DNA of 64,000 nucleotides from the human T2T-CHM13v2.0 reference genome, Homo sapiens (GCF_009914755.1 NC_060928.1); one strand, 5' to 3'; shown: positions 37,312-53,000, counted from the stretch's first letter. The notes: generated by a model from the letters alone, not told the origin. Program-made: numbers and translations.

Positions 37312-38197
37312 TTACAGAACTTACGAACAACTAAGTGTTCACAGATGTTCTTTCATATTCCTCCAGTTTCAATAAAAACTCTTGCTCCTTGGTTAGGTCC
37401 TATGTTCTGTTTCTAACAAAATTCAGGTAAATGACAAGTCCATGGCAGTGCTTTTCTTATTTTTGAAAAATCAAGTTGATTCTTCCACAGAAAACATATT
37501 TCAAATAGATTTAATTCCTCAGGGGGATGACACAGCACATAAGAAGGAGGCTTAGTGCAGTGAAGGAAGATGAGGAGTTGAAGAGAACAGCGGTGTCCCG
37601 GGAAGGACTGAGAAAGAAGTTCTTGTCCATTTCCACGAAGGAGAAAATTTAGAGGAGAGAAGAAAAAAGGGCCTGCCCAAAACTAGATTTTCTGGGAGAT
37701 TTTTGAGTTAGTATTTGGAAGTGAGGGAAGGAGGAAGGAAGGGAAAGAGGGGGATAATTTTTTTTTCTGTATCTACCTTTAACAGTGGTTGTGAGTTATG
37801 CCTGTGGCATAAAATTCCTAGAGCTCTAGTCTACTAAATTGTTGAACAGCTTAGAGTTCATCTGAGATGGTAGCCTTTATAATGAACAGTAGTTAGAAAG
37901 GATATAGTCCAACAGTTTTCAATTAGTGAGTTCATAGTGATACCCTTGATTTAATTTGATATTTATTGAATGTCTGCTTACATTCTTGGTGTAGTACTTA
38001 TTTGGGAATTTGCAGACTAAAAATATGCATTTCCAGATTTTAAATTGCTTATGGTCTAGTGGAAGAAGCGCTACTTCCAAATCTAACAGCCAAGTGTATT
38101 ATGAAAGCACAGAATTAGATATGTTTTCTGAGCAAGTAAAGAACCAGAGACGTCTTTTAAAAAATAGAAGCTGAACTAGACTATAAAAGGATGAAAA

Positions 38198-38500
38198 GCT
38201 GCCCATGGTGGCTCACGCCTGTAATCCCAGTGCTTTGGAAGGCCGAGGCCAGAGGATTGCTCAAGGCCAGGAGATTGAGGCCAGCCTGAGCAACATAGTG
38301 AGCCCTCATCTCAACAATAAATACAAAAATTAGCTGGATGTGGTGGCACGTGCCTGTGGTCTCAGCTACTTGGGAAGCTGAGGTGAGAGGATTGCTTGAG
38401 CCTGGGAGAATCTAAGGCCACAGTAAGCTGTGATCGCATCACTGCATTCCAGCCTGGGCGACAGAGCAAGACCTCATCTCACGTAAATAAATCAAATAAA
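38198..38500 (+). mobile_element. AluJ
   Basis: GAGGATTGCTTGAGCC diagnostic. TSD-like AAAGGATGAA. Confidence 0.92.
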
Positions 38501-38710
38501 GGATGAACCAAATGAGCTAGGAAAAAGCTACAATATATAGTCACAGAAGACAAAGGACATGAAGAGAAAGTATTACACGTTAGAAAAAAATGTAAGTGAC
38601 TTGCTGCAGGTACAACATGCAATATTAGACACAGACTGGCAAAAAATAAAGTTGCATAGGAAAGTTGTGACAATATAAAGAAAGGCTTTGAAGTTATTCC
38701 AAAAAATTTG

Positions 38711-38713
<3 letters not shown>

Positions 38714-38747
<34 letters not shown>
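38714..38747. repeat. (TG)n microsatellite
   Basis: Seen directly. Confidence 0.9.
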
Positions 38748-38750
<3 letters not shown>

Positions 38751-38879
38751 GTTAACTTCTAATTTCTAGTTTTCTGAGGCATAGAATTGGTCTATTCATC
38801 ATCTAATTCCTGACATTATTTTACCATTGATCAATGCATTGCTCACTTGCTTGAATATAAGTATGTTTATATTTGTTTG

Positions 38880-41800
38880 TTTTTAAAAATATAATTATCA
38901 ATATAACACTCACCCAATATGACAAATAAAATATTGACAATAATTCATTTACTCCAATATGATACAACCCAACTCTATTTTCCTACCTTCAAGCACCCAG
39001 GATAACCATGATCTTAAATCTGTTGTTGTCATTGTTTCTCTTAAAAATTTTAGTTTGGTTACATTTCTAAGTATTACTATGAGGTGTCTTGGTTTCATAT
39101 TAGATATTTTAATTTTGTGGAAATAGTAACACATTTTATGTAGTCTTTTGTGATTTTTAAACCAAATATTATATTCATATGATTCATCAACATCACCATA
39201 GATAGCTGTGGTTAATTTTTAATTTTTCATTGTTTTAATGTCTCACACTTGGTTTAGCCATTCCCCTGTTGATAGGCATATTTCTGCTATTCTGAAGAAT
39301 GCTGCTATTAACGTGCTTGAGTATTATCTTAGAATACATTTATATTTGTTTTTCTTTTATATGTACTAAACAGTGAAAATCATGGATAGTAACAAGTATA
39401 AAATCTAAAATTTCCAAGCTAATGTAAAATTATATTTAAAAATGGCTGTACAAACTGGTACAATATCTGCAGTCTACAGTAAATGAGTTTGTGATTAATC
39501 ACATTCTTTCAAGCACGTGACGGTCTCATACTTGATTTTTGTCTTGAAAAATATGTGAAATTAAATCTTGTTCTGGTTTCAATTTCCATTTATCTGATCA
39601 TAAATATGATTGAGGTTTTTATTTTCATACTGATCTGTAGGAGTTTTTTTTATATTTCTTTATTGGTTATATGTGTTGCAAATATATTCCTCTACTGTGA
39701 AACTGGTATTTTCAATTTCTATGAAATGCTTTTGATTTAGAGCTTTCTCATTTCAATGTCATCCCAGTTGTCATTTTTTTTTGTTTTATAAATGAAATTT
39801 TTTTTTTATTTAGGAAATGCTTCATTACCACAAGCTCAGAAATACATCAATTAAATTTTACAAAATTTCTTAAAATACTACTTTTACATTTAAATTCTTG
39901 GTTTATATAGATTTAACTTTGTTAATGATGTAAGAAGGGAATCCAAGTGCATTTATTTCATAAGAATTTTTTTTGCTCTATGTATTAAAAATAATTTTTA
40001 ACTGAACTTCCAAGCTAATTCTGCCATGTTACAAAGAGCTGCAAATGACTGTCTTTGAATTCTAGTCTGTAAGTAAAATTATTCAACTATGTTCCATTAA
40101 TATATTATATTATAATTAATACTATATTAATTACTGTGGTTTTATAAGTCTTGATATCCTGTAGTGCAAGCATTCTTTCCTTGCTATTCAGAAATGTCTT
40201 GGTTTCTTGTCTAATTTACCTCTCACATAAATCTTTGAAATATTTTATCAAATACTACAAAAAAAGTATTAGCATTTTTTACTTGAATTGCATTAAATCA
40301 ATTAAATGGAAATAATTGCGAAAAATCAGTAGCTTTACAATATTTGTTTTTTCTATTCATAAACATGAATCTTTTCCTATTTCCTTAGATTTTTATATTT
40401 TCTATGAAAATTTGCATAGTTTGTCACATAAAAATATTAAACATTTCTTGTATTTTTTCAAAATATATATATTCTTTGGGGTTATTCTCATAGTTTACTC
40501 TTAGTTTGTTTCAAAAATATAGAATTGCAACTTACGTCTGTATATAAATCACATATTAAGAAATGTTACACATTTTCTTATTCTAATAGTTTTGTTTAGT
40601 TTTAAAATGTATACTATTGATTTTTTGAGAATAATGACAACTGAATTTCCTCTTAACCAACATTTATGACTCCAATATCACTGAGATAGTTGTTCTGCAA
40701 TTATGAATTTATATTGCATTTTGTCATATATATTTTTGTTTATTGAAATTATCATACAAGTTTTCTACCTGATCTCTTGTTGTGTGAATTTCATTCTAAA
40801 TTCTTTACATAATAAAACATCCTTGTCCTACTGAGATTAACCTAACATAGTCATTGTGTATTTGCTTTTTTATAGTTTTGGAATCAGTTTGCCATAATTT
40901 TGTTTAAGATATAACCTTTTTCATAATAAATATTAGTATTGTGATATCAGAAGTGTGTTGGCCATCCAACCTATGAAAATAATGCATCTGTCCAATTATT
41001 TAGGACTTCTATAATTCCTCTCATTAATGTTTTGAATTTTCAGTGTAAAGATGTTGCATATACTGTGTTAAATGTATCTCTAAGTATTTTATGTTCATGC
41101 TATTTTAAATGATATATTATCAGCCCCATAAAACAGAGTAAGAAAAAAATAAATGCTATATTAAAATTTTAATTTCCCTTGATAATTGTTAGTATAAAGA
41201 AAAAACGAATTTTTCATATTGACACTAAATCTTGCAAACTTGATACTAGTAACTTTTTTGGAGATTCTTTAAGATTCACTAAGTATACAATCATATCATC
41301 TACAAATAAAGACAGTTTCTTTATTTCTTTCAATCTGTGAAATCTGTATGTCCTTACTTTCTTTTTCTTGCTTAATTGAAATAGCTAGTATCTCTAATAT
41401 AGTGTTGAGTATAAGGTCTGGGAGCAGATACCCATGCCTTATTTTTGACCTCAGAAGGAAATAACTTTGTATTTCCTCATGGGTATAACATTAGCTATGA
41501 GATTTTTATTGATGATCTTTACCTGTTTGAGAAAGTTCCTTACTATTCCTAATTTACTGAGAGTTTTAAAATTATATTTTTATTTAATTAGGTGGAACTT
41601 TATATTTGTGGATTATATTGAATTTTCAAACATTAAGCCAACCTTGATTTATTATCCTTTTTATTTATTATTGGATTCTATTGGGTAATATTTTGTTTGT
41701 GATTTTTGCATCTGTTTTAGTGGTTTTCCTTACTTGGAATGATTTTGGTTTATAATGGTAGTGTGAACCTTATAAAATAAGCGAGACAATACATCTTCTG

Positions 41801-43400
41801 CCTTTACTTTTCAGAAAGAGTTTTTGTGTGATTGATATTCCTTCTTTCTCAGATTTTTTCATAGAAGTCACTATTGTATTATCTGACTTAAATGTTCTTT
41901 GTGAGAAGCTTTTTAATTACTAATACAAGTTTGAGTTTCTTTTTAAGTTAATTTTGTCTATTTGCATCTTTCAAGGAATCTTTCCAACTCCCTTATCAAG
42001 TTTACTAGAATAAAATTCCTCATAAGCCTCTCTTATGATTCTTTTATAGTCTATAGGCTTGTTGTGAGGTCTTTCCTCTCATTATTGATACTGCTTATTT
42101 GTGTCTTCTCTCTTTTTATCTTACCAGATTAGCTAATGGCCTATGAATTTTTATTAATTTTTGTTTCAAAAAATAGCCTTTGGGAATATTAATATTTTTC
42201 CTTTTCTATTTTCTATATCAATTATTAATATTTTTAATTATTCCTTTCCTCAAAAAGCCTTGGGAATAATTTTTTAATCTACTTTCTAAGGCAGATGGTT
42301 TGATTATTGACAGATACAGTCCCCTTTTTTTAACATAAGAACTTAAACTAAAAATCTTCCTTTAAACACCTCACTAGCTATATCCCACAAATTTTGATAT
42401 GTTGTGTTTATATTTTTAATCAGTCCAATATATATTCTAATTTATCACAGATTCTCCTTTTTTCATGGGTGATGTATTCTGTATCATATATTTAAATATA
42501 TGATAATTTTCTAGGTAAATTTATGTTACTGATAATTTAATTTAAATCAGTTGTGATCAGCATGATCTGTATATTTTAATTTCTTGAGTCTTGTATTATG
42601 GCACAATATGTAATCTATAAGAGTGGATATACCATGTACAATATAAAGCATATGTATACTATAGTTTTGGGTTTAATATAATAAGACATCTATTGGTTAA
42701 GGTCAATTGAAAGAACTGTTCAAACATTCTATAGGCTTAATGATTTTCTCTTTGTTCTATTAGTTATTGAGAAGAGTATTGAAATACTAAACTATAATTG
42801 CCAGTTGGTCTATTTTTCCACATGTTAATATTGCTTTATATATTTTGACATCTGTAATTTCATGAAACACATTTAGGATTGCTATTGCTTTTTAATAAAA
42901 TGATACCTTCATCATTATACATCATTTTTCTCTAATAATTTTTTTTCTCAAGTCCATGTTATCTGATATCACTATAACCATTTCAGATTTCTTGGGTTTG
43001 GCTGTACTATAATAAATGTTTTTCTTTGTTTTATTTTTAATCAATGTATATCTTTATATTTTAAATAGGTTTCTTAAAAATATTTAAAAGTGGATTTTTT
43101 TCACTCTGGCAAATTATTTCTTTTGCTTGGATTTATGTGATTTATATTTAATGTAAAATTCAATATAGTTTCATTTAATCTAACATCTTACTCTATACTT
43201 TGTATATGCTGTAAACATTTTTAAAATTTTTTCTTCATTTTTATTATTGTGGTAATTTTCAAAACTGTTTCATCTCTAATATTGGATTCTTAACTATGCT
43301 TTTTTCTTTTTATTCATTGCTATGCAGTATATAATTTTTATTTTTAAGTTATCATATCTTATTTTCAAATATTATTATATTACTTTATCTATGATATAAT
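38880..43400 (-). mobile_element. Cluster of ancient L1M/L1ME fragments
   Basis: T-rich strand with antisense L1 motifs (ACAATCATATCATCTACAAATAAAGACAGTTT; AAGTTCCTTACTATTCCTAATTTACTGAGAGTT). Confidence 0.75.
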
Positions 43401-45049
43401 TGTTTATTGTGAAAGGTTAAATACATTTCTTGCCATAACATTCTGACCAGAGTGAACATTCATGACAGCTATGATTAATTACAGTGATAAAATTGACAGA
43501 ATCATAAAAGGTAAATTACAAATGCAGGCTGATAAATACTAAATCTGTTGAAGTAATTCCTCAGTTCCTAAAGAAAAAAGTTTTATTGTTTTAATGTTCT
43601 GTGTCTTTTAATGCAGACACTATGTTCTGTATAATGAATAGCTTTTAATAATGGTCCATTGAAAGCAGGAAGTCACTCGGTCCCAAGAAAGCCAGAAAAG
43701 AATGGTCCTTGTAAATACTACAGACAGTCATCGGGGTCCTGGCACAACTGCTGAGGAAAGCTCTGAATTCACTATACTACGTAACAAGGGCAATCTCATC
43801 CTGTATTGGATGTAGAAAAATAGCATATATCTTTAGCTGCTCTATGGGTTTATCTATATATTTTCCAGAAAAAAAAATATGTCACATTAAAATGAATGCA
43901 TAATAGTTTACTTGAGCATTATACATCTAGGATACTGGAGTAAGAGTTCTGTAAGGACTCTTTTTGGTTAATCTTACCTGCCATACATATTCAGTAGTTA
44001 TAGAAGTATCTAACATACACTAAACACTTTAAACACTTAATGTTTATGATAAATGTCTGAATATGAATAATTAAAAGTAGATACACAGTGAGTAAACCTT
44101 GTCTTAATCACAAAATTGTCCTGTTGACAGCAACTTTTGTTTGATGATCTATGTACCTAAAATACAGGTACACACATAAAATATGTTTGTAACTATATAT
44201 GGAAGTTTAAAATGGTCAAAACAATTTAATTAATTCACAGACAATCACATATCACATATAAAGACTCATTCACTGATATGTTGACAGTCTCTGGCTAAAT
44301 TATTGTTTTGTAATCTTCAACCTACCTAAACAAAATTCTCTATTTCTGGAAAATTATTGTAATCAATTGCAGCACTAAAGTTTGATAGCCTGTGATAGGC
44401 AATTTTCATTCAGCACTCTCCTATATGTCTTTCAGGGGAAAAAGATATTACAATAAGAAAGAATCTGGGACAATTAGCAAATCAAACTCAAGGATCAATC
44501 CAGTCCAATTATACTTTTAATAGTGTGGAAGATGTTTTCTTCTACATTCGTCTTATTAAAGAGATAACAGAAAAGAAAATTGAACATGACAGTTCCACTT
44601 TTGTGGCAATTATTAGTGAAAAAAATGTTGAATGTAAAACTTTCCATTCTTCTTGTTGGAAATTTAAATCTGATTTTCTAATGATAGCTTTTTTATGAAA
44701 TCATACTTTGGGTAATCTCCAAGATGAAATAGAAGAGTCTTACAAATTAATTGCTATTGTCATCATTAGTGACTTCAAATAATATGTAAAATGGCTCCTT
44801 TAATGTAATATATTTAAAAAATGATATTCTGTTAGTATACATAAATTATTGGTACTATGAGAAAAAGAGCAACTATACATTTTAAAAAATATTGTATTTT
44901 TTAAACAAAATACTACTTTTAACCTAATAATAAAATCTAGGAATATTAACTGAATAATTATTCTTTTTATAGGCAATAGGAAATAGTCAATAATCATTTT
45001 TGGTTGAGAAAGTAAAAAAAAAAACTAAAGATAATACATTAAGCTATTA

Positions 45050-45870
45050 TTTTTTATTTCATTGAAGTATAGTATACATACTAAAAATTGCATATTGTAA
45101 CTGTTTGAGGTAATGTGTTTTCAAAGAGTGAACAAATCCATGTAATCAGCACATAGATCATGAAAAGGAAATTGCCAGCATTTCTCAACCCTCTCCTACA
45201 TCCATGTAGTCACCACTTGAGTAAGGACAATCACTCTCTGAAGTCTAAAATGATATATTACCCTTGCCTATTTTTAATTATATATAATGCTGTCATAAAG
45301 CCAGTATACTTTAATATCTGGTATCATTTCTTCAACATGACTGTGAGCTTTATTAATGGTATTGTTGATAATTTTGATTTTCAAATTCTCAATTCTGTAT
45401 ACTATCACATTTCATTAATTTACCATAAATTAATTTTCCATACAGCTTCCGATAGATGTTTGAGTCAATTTAAATATTTGGTTTCTGAATAGTGGTGCAA
45501 TTAAGATTTTTGTGTATGGGGTTTAAATAATATATACACACAGTTTTGTTGGGTTAATATTGCTAAACATTTTTCTTGAGTTACTGTACTATTTTTCACT
45601 CTTTTCTTCAATGTGGAATTACAGTTGTTCAACATTTTCTTTCACAGTTGATGTTAATTTCTTTTTATCTATTTACTAGAGGCTTTAGTAGCCATATACT
45701 GACATCACAAGCAAATTTAAATTACACTTTCATAAAGACTAATAAAGTTGGATATTCTTGTTTGTAAAATATCTCTTCAGGGTTCTTTTTGCCAAATTTT
45801 CTATTGATTTTCTACATTTTTGTTACTGATTTGAAACATTCTTTATATTCTGTACATAATTATTTTCCAA
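45050..45870 (-). mobile_element. L1ME 3' end fragment
   Basis: TTGAAGTATAGTATACATAC...AAAGAGTGAACAAATCCATGTAATCAGCAC. Confidence 0.65.
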
Positions 45871-48800
45871 ACAAGGAACAGACAACTGTGAGGAAACTCA
45901 TCAAGTTTCACTGAAGGGGAAAAGCCAGAAATTTCTAAATGCCAGAGAGAAAGATACATGTGGTTTTGATAAACAAGTACAGAAACTAGCACACTGGAGA
46001 GCTGCTTAGACAGGTGATAGAGGCAGAACTCCAGGCAGTGCAAAGCCTAGAGGGTTTGGTGCAAGAGGGCCTGTAGTGGAACACAGCCTGGGATATCCAC
46101 CCCAAGGTTTGCCATAATTCCCTAGGAGATTTTAGCCTTAGGAGAATTGTCAAAGCTGAACAGAGCAAGGGCTGTCTTTTCCATGAGAGATCTGGTCTGA
46201 CCTGAGCATCCCTTTGTCTGCTGGCCTCTCATGGGGCCCCAGCCAGGTCAAACTTGCTTTCAGTGTAGCCTTGGGTGCCCAGCAAGGGGGCTTCCTGGGG
46301 GCCTGCATCATAGCTCCTGCAGTGGAAGACTACACCTCACCATCAGAAAGCCCCAGCAAACTGGCACTTGCCAATGTACACCAGCTCACCAGCACCTTCC
46401 CCACACCACAGCCTCCTATGTGCTGCTTTGCAAGCATGCAATCACCCATGGCCACCCCCCACATTGCTTGACCAGCACACATGCACATAGGTAGACCTTG
46501 CCTCCACGTCCTTGCTGGTGCATGTGTGCATGTGCCTCCTCACTGTGCCAATGCTGCTGGCATCAGTGCTCCCCACTGTGATGCCATTGTCAATGTGAAA
46601 GTGCACCAGGAGACCAATAGCTCTGCCCCCCTGCCCTGTGCCACCATTGCTACCCATGTGATCACATGCACGGAGACCACCAGTCCCATGCCCACTGGTT
46701 TCCTGCTTCCACACAGACACTATTGGCCCCATCTCTTCACCCTTCGTGCCATGCCACCATTGCTGCCACTGTAAACACCCACAAGAGGGCTGGCACCCTA
46801 TGCCTGCCAGCAACCCCCGTCAGCTGACAAGTGTGCACCAGACTGCACTGCTACTGCTACTGGCAAATGTAAATGAGCACTGATTTTGTTGCCACTACCA
46901 GACAAAGCACTTTGGCTAGCCCCACCCATCAGAGTGTTGTGACCAACAGAGAACACCTTGACCTCTGTAGAATAGCAGGTTCCCAACATCAAGGTGCCAG
47001 AGAACAAATCAGGGGGCCTAATATTAGCCCCCCAGATTTAGAGCACACAGCACAGGAATCCAGAGCTGAGCCTTGACCCCCTAAAATCTTCCAGAAACAA
47101 AGCCAGCCAACTAAACCTACTTTATTCAGTGATCAAACCCCCAAGGACATCAAAGAAGATAAAAGAAACAACAACAAAAAAATAAAATTTATCCATTAAA
47201 CATCAACTTCAAAGATTGAAGGGATATCAGCCTACAAATATGAGAAAGCATCAGCACAAGAACTCTGGCAACTTGAAAATCCAGCGTGTCTCCTAACCTC
47301 CCAAAGACTATACTAGCTCCCCAGTAATGGTTCTTAGTAAGACTGAAATGGCTGAAATAACAGAAATAAAATACAGAATATGGATAGGAATGAAGATCAT
47401 TGAGATTCAGTAGAAAGTTGAAACCTAATTCAAAGATTTTAAGGAATACAATAAAACACTACAGGATATGAAGGACAAAATGGCTACTTTAAGAAAAAAC
47501 AAACATCTCATAGAGCTGAAAAACTGACTTCAATAATTTCAGAATACAATCAAAAGTATTATAAGCACAATCGACCAAGCTGAAAGAATTTCAGAGCTTG
47601 AACACTGGCTATTCAAAATGACTCAATAAAGACAAAATAAAGAAAAAAAAATAAAGAAGGAAAAACAAAACCTCCAAGAAATATGGAATTATGTAAAGAG
47701 ACCAAATCTATGACTCAATGATGTCCCTGAAAGAGAAGGACAGAAACCAAGCAACCTGAAAAACATATTTCAGTATATCATCTATGAAAATTTCCCCAAC
47801 CTCCCTAGGGAGGTCAACATTCACATTTAGGAAATACAGAGGACCCTTGCAAAATGCTGCACAAAAAAAATCATCAACAAGACATATAGTAATCAGATTC
47901 TCCAAGGTCAAATAAAGAAACACGTTAAAAGCAGCTAGATAGAAGGGGCAAGTTACCTACAAAGGCAATCCCATCAGCCTAACAGCAGATCTTTCAGCAG
48001 AAATCTTATAGGCCAGAAGAGATTGGGGCTTATATTCACCATTCTGAAGGAAAATAATTTCCATCTATGAATTTCATGTCCAAGCAAGCTGAAATTCATA
48101 AGTGAAGGAGAAATAAGAGGCTTTATGAACAACCAAATGCTGAGGGATTTTTTTTTTTTTTTACCACCAGACTTGCCTTAGAAGAGGTCCTGAGGGGAGT
48201 GCTAAATATGGAAAGGAAAGACTCATAGTGGCCATTACAAAAACATACTTAAATGCATGGATCTTTGACACTGTAAAGCAGCCACACAAAGAAGTCTGCA
48301 TAATAACCTGCTAGCAACATTATGACAGGATCAAATCTTCACATATCAATACTAACTTTGAATGTAAATAAGCTAAATGCCCCAATTAAAAGGCACAGAG
48401 CAGCAAGCTGCATGAAGAAGCAAGACCTAATGGTATGCTGTCTTCAAGGGAGCCATCTCACATGCAGTGATGCCCATAGGATCAAAGTAAAAGGATGGAG
48501 AAAAATCTAGCAAGAATATAGAAAAAAGAAGATAGAAAAAGATTGCAGTTATAGTTTCAGACAAAACAGATTTTAAAACAAGAAAGATGAAAAAAGACAA
48601 AGAAGGGCATTTCATTATGGTAAAGGGTCACATCAACAAGAAGACCTAACTAATCCTAAATGTATACAAACCAAACACAGGAGCAACCAGATTCATAAAG
48701 CAAGTTCTTAGAGACCTACTAAGAGATTTAGATAACCACACAAAGATAGTGTGAGACTTTAACATCTCACTGACAGTATTAGACAGATTATTGAGGCAGA

Positions 48801-49479
48801 AAACTAACAAATGTATACGGGACCTGAATTCAACATGTGACCAAATATACTTAACAGACATCTATAGAACTCTCCACCTCAAAACAACAGAATGTATATT
48901 ATTCTCATCTGCACATGGCACATACTCTAAAATTGACTACACAATTAAGCAAAAAACAATCCTGTGCAAAATATATATAAAAAAATAAAGCATGAGATTA
49001 TACCAACCATACTCTCAGACCACAACACAATAAAAATAAAAATAAGTGCTTAGAGAATCATGCAAAACCATAGAATTGCATAGACATTATTATGTAACAT
49101 GCAGTTGAGAGTTAAGGACAAACTTTCAGTGTTAGAGTATACTTATGTCAGAAAAAAAAAATAGAAAAAGTGTAATTCCCTAAAGCTACATTAAGCAACA
49201 TTTTTTAAAAAGTAAAAGAAAACTCTTAATAATGCCTCTCAGGCTGCCTTAACTGACATAGTAGAGATGTAATAAAATGTTCCTGAAAGCTAAGAGAAGC
49301 TAAATGACTATAATAAAAATACAGTAGACAGCATATTATACTAATCAAAAAGATTAAATGCACTGCTTTTAGAAAAATACCACTTTGAGAAAATAATTTA
49401 TACATCTCGATTGACAACAAAATAACTGTATAAATTGCTAATAATATACAAGCCATTAATCATGAAGAAGGTAATGATG

Positions 49480-49710
49480 GTGGTTAATATTTCCCAAGCA
49501 CTTTGTGCTATTAGTTTTTTAGATTATTCATTTACTTTTCACAATAACTTATGAGATCATTATTATTATACCTATTTTACAGATGAAGAAACTGAGACAC
49601 AGAGGAGTTAAGTCATTTTTCCACGGTCACAAAGCTAGTAAGTGACAGTTGCAGAAATCAAATCTAGGAAATCTGGCTCTGGAACTCCTGCTCTTTATCA
49701 GTATACTTAA
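49480..49710 (-). mobile_element. MIR inside the insert in the L1
   Basis: TTTTACAGATGAAGAAACTGAGACACAGAG...GGTCACAAAGCTAGTAAGTG. Confidence 0.88.
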
Positions 49711-49765
49711 ATTACTCTTTGGAGACTGAGGTGGCTGATATTGAAGAGTAAAACAAAGCTGCATT

Positions 49766-50078
49766 TCTTTTTCTTTCTTTCTTTTTTTTTTTTTTTGAGA
49801 CAGAGTCTAGCTCTGTTGCCCAGGCTGGAGGGCAGTGGTATAATCTCGGCTCACTGCAGCCTCCGCCTCCCAGGTTCAAGGGATTCTCCTGCCTCAGCCT
49901 CCTGAGTAGCTGGGACTACAGGTGCGCACCACCATGCCTGGCTGATTTTTGTATATTTTTAGTAGAGACGGGGTTTCACCGTCTTGGCCAGGATGATCTC
50001 AATCTCTTGATCTCGTGATCTGCCTGCCTCGGCCTCCCAAAGTGCTGGGATTACAGGCGTGAGCCACTGTGCCCGGCC
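49766..50078 (-). mobile_element. AluSc-like
   Basis: Full reverse dimer. TTGGCCAGGATGATCTCAATCTCTTGA. Confidence 0.94.
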
Positions 50079-53000
50079 TTCTTTTTAAAAAACAAGTTTG
50101 ATAATACTGCTCAATTTCAAAATAATAAGAAATCTAACGTTGCCATGGAATTCCAACAAATAAATAATATATAATTTTCACTCTCCATTTGATGGGATAA
50201 TTTGCTGATGGGACAATTTACTATGCAAATTGTCTACAAAATAAAATTATGCATGCTAAAAAAGAAGAAATTACATAACCTGCTCCTGTATGACTTCTGG
50301 GTAAATAATAAAATTATAATTACAATCAATAATGTTTTTGAAACAATGAAAACAAAGATACAACATATCAGAATCTCTGGAACACAGCTAAGGCTGTGTT
50401 AAAAGGTAAGTTTATAGCACGAAATACACACATCAAAAAGTTAGAAAGAATTCAAATTAACAACCTAAAATCACAATCAGAGGAAATAGAGAAACAAGTA
50501 CAAACCAACCCTATAGCTAGCAGAAAACAAGAAATAAGCAAAACTAGCACTGAACTGAAGGAAATTGAGATGCAGAAAACCATATTAAGATCAAATAATC
50601 CAGAAGCTGGTTGTTTGAAAGAATGAATAAGATTGATAGACTGCTAGATAGACCAATAAAGAAAAAAAGGGAGAAGATCCATATAAACATAATTGGAAAT
50701 GACAAAGAGGACATTACCATTAACCCCCAGTAAATACAAAAAAAAATCAGGGATAACTATGAACACCTCTGTGCACACGAGCCAGAAAACCTAGAAGAAA
50801 TGAAAAAAATTCCTGGAAATATACAACCTACTAAGATTGGACTAGGAAGAATTAAATCCTTAATAATGAGTTCCAAAATTGAATCAGTAATAAAAAGCCT
50901 ACCAACAAGAATAAACCCCTACCAACCAGAATGAAGCCCCAGACAAGATGCATAGCTGAATTCTACCAGATGTATAAAGAAGAGCTGGTACTTTTCCTAC
51001 TGAAAGTATTTCAAAAAATTGAAGAGGAAGGTCTCCTCACTAACTAATTCTATGAGGCCAACATCATCCTAATAGTTTAATGTGGCAGAGGTACAACAAA
51101 CAAAAGAAAACTTCAGGCCAATATCCTTGATAAACATAGATGCAAACATATTCAATAAAATACTTGCAAACTGAATACAGCAGCACAACAAAAAGCTAAT
51201 CCACCATGAACAAGTAGGCTCTATCCCTGGGATGAAAGATTTGTTCAACATACGCAAATCAATAAATGTGATTCATTACAAAAAGGGAACTAAAAACAAA
51301 AACCACACGATTATTTCAATAGATGCCAAAAAGGCTTTCAATAAAATTCAACATACCTTCATGTTAAAGGAACATACCTCAAAATAATAAGGACCATATA
51401 TAACAAACCTACAGCCAACATCATACTGAATGGGCAAATGCTTAAAGAATTCCTCTCAAAAACCAGAACAAGACAAGTGTGTCCTCTCTTATCACTCCTA
51501 TCCAACATAGTACTGGAAATTCTAGCCGGAGGAATCAAGCAAGAGAAGGAAATAAAATGCATCCAAATGGGAAGAAGGGAATCAAACTATCTCCGTTTGC
51601 AGATAATATAATTCCATACTTAGAAAATCCTACTGTCTCTGCCCAAAAGCTCCTTGATCTGAAAGGTAACTTCAGCAATGTTTTAGGATACAAAATCAAT
51701 GTACAAAAATTAGTAGCATTCCTATACACCAACAACATCCAAGCTCAGAGTCGTCAGGAATGCAATCTCATTCACAATAACCATAAAAAGAATAAAATAC
51801 TTAGGAATACAGCTAACCATGGAAGTAAATGTTCTCTACAACAATAATTACAAAACACTACTGAAAGAAATCAGAGAAGACTCAACAAATAAAAAGACTT
51901 TCCATGCTTATGGTTAGGAATAATAAGTATTGTACCATACTGCTCAAAGCAATTTACAGATTCAATGTTATTCCTATCAAACTGCCAATTACATTCTTCA
52001 CAGAACTAGAAATTTAAAAAAGAATTTCAGGTGTAAAAAAAAAAAAGCCTGAATAGCCAATTCAAATTTAAGCAAAAGAAAGAAAGTTGGAGGAGTCACA
52101 TTACTTTACTTCAAACTACACTATAAGGTTTCAATAATCAGAACAGTATGGTACTGGTAGATAAATAGACACATAGACCAATGGAACAGAATACAGAGCC
52201 GAGAAATAATGCTGCACACATACAACCATCTGATATTCAGCAAACCTGACACAAACAAGCAATGGGGAAAGGACTTCCTATTTACTAAATGGTACTGAGA
52301 TAACTGTCTAGCCAAGTGCAGAAGGTTGATACAGAACCCCCTTCCTTTCGTTATATACAAAAATCAACTCAAGGTGGATTAAAGACTTAAATGTAAAACT
52401 TAAAACTATAAAAACCCTGGAAAATTACCTAAGAAATACAACTCTGGACACAGAACCTGGAAAATATTTCATAATGAAGAAGACAAAAGCAATTGCAACA
52501 AAAACAAAAATTGACAAATGAGACCTAATTAAAGAGTTTCTGCAGAGAAGAAGAAACTCTCAGCAGAAGAAACAGACAATCTACATAATGGGAGAAAATA
52601 TTTGCAAACTATGTTTTTGACAAAGGTCTAATATCCAGAATCTATAAGGAATTTAAACAAATTAACAAGCAAGAAACAAACCTCCCCATTGAAAAAGAGG
52701 CAAAGGACACAAAAGGACATTTTTCTAAAGAAAACACACATGCAGCCAACAAGCATATGAAAAAATCCTCAACATCACTAACCATTAGGTAAATGCAAAT
52801 CAAAACCACACTGAGATACCATCTCACACCAGTCAGAGTGGCTATTATTAAAAAGTCAAAAAGTAACAGATGCTGGCAAGGCTGTGGAGAACAGGGAATG
52901 ATTATACATTGCTGGTGGAAATGTAAATTTGTTCAGTAACTGTGGAAATCAGTTTGGTGATTTCTGAAAGAACTTAAAACAAAACTTCCCATTGGGTATT

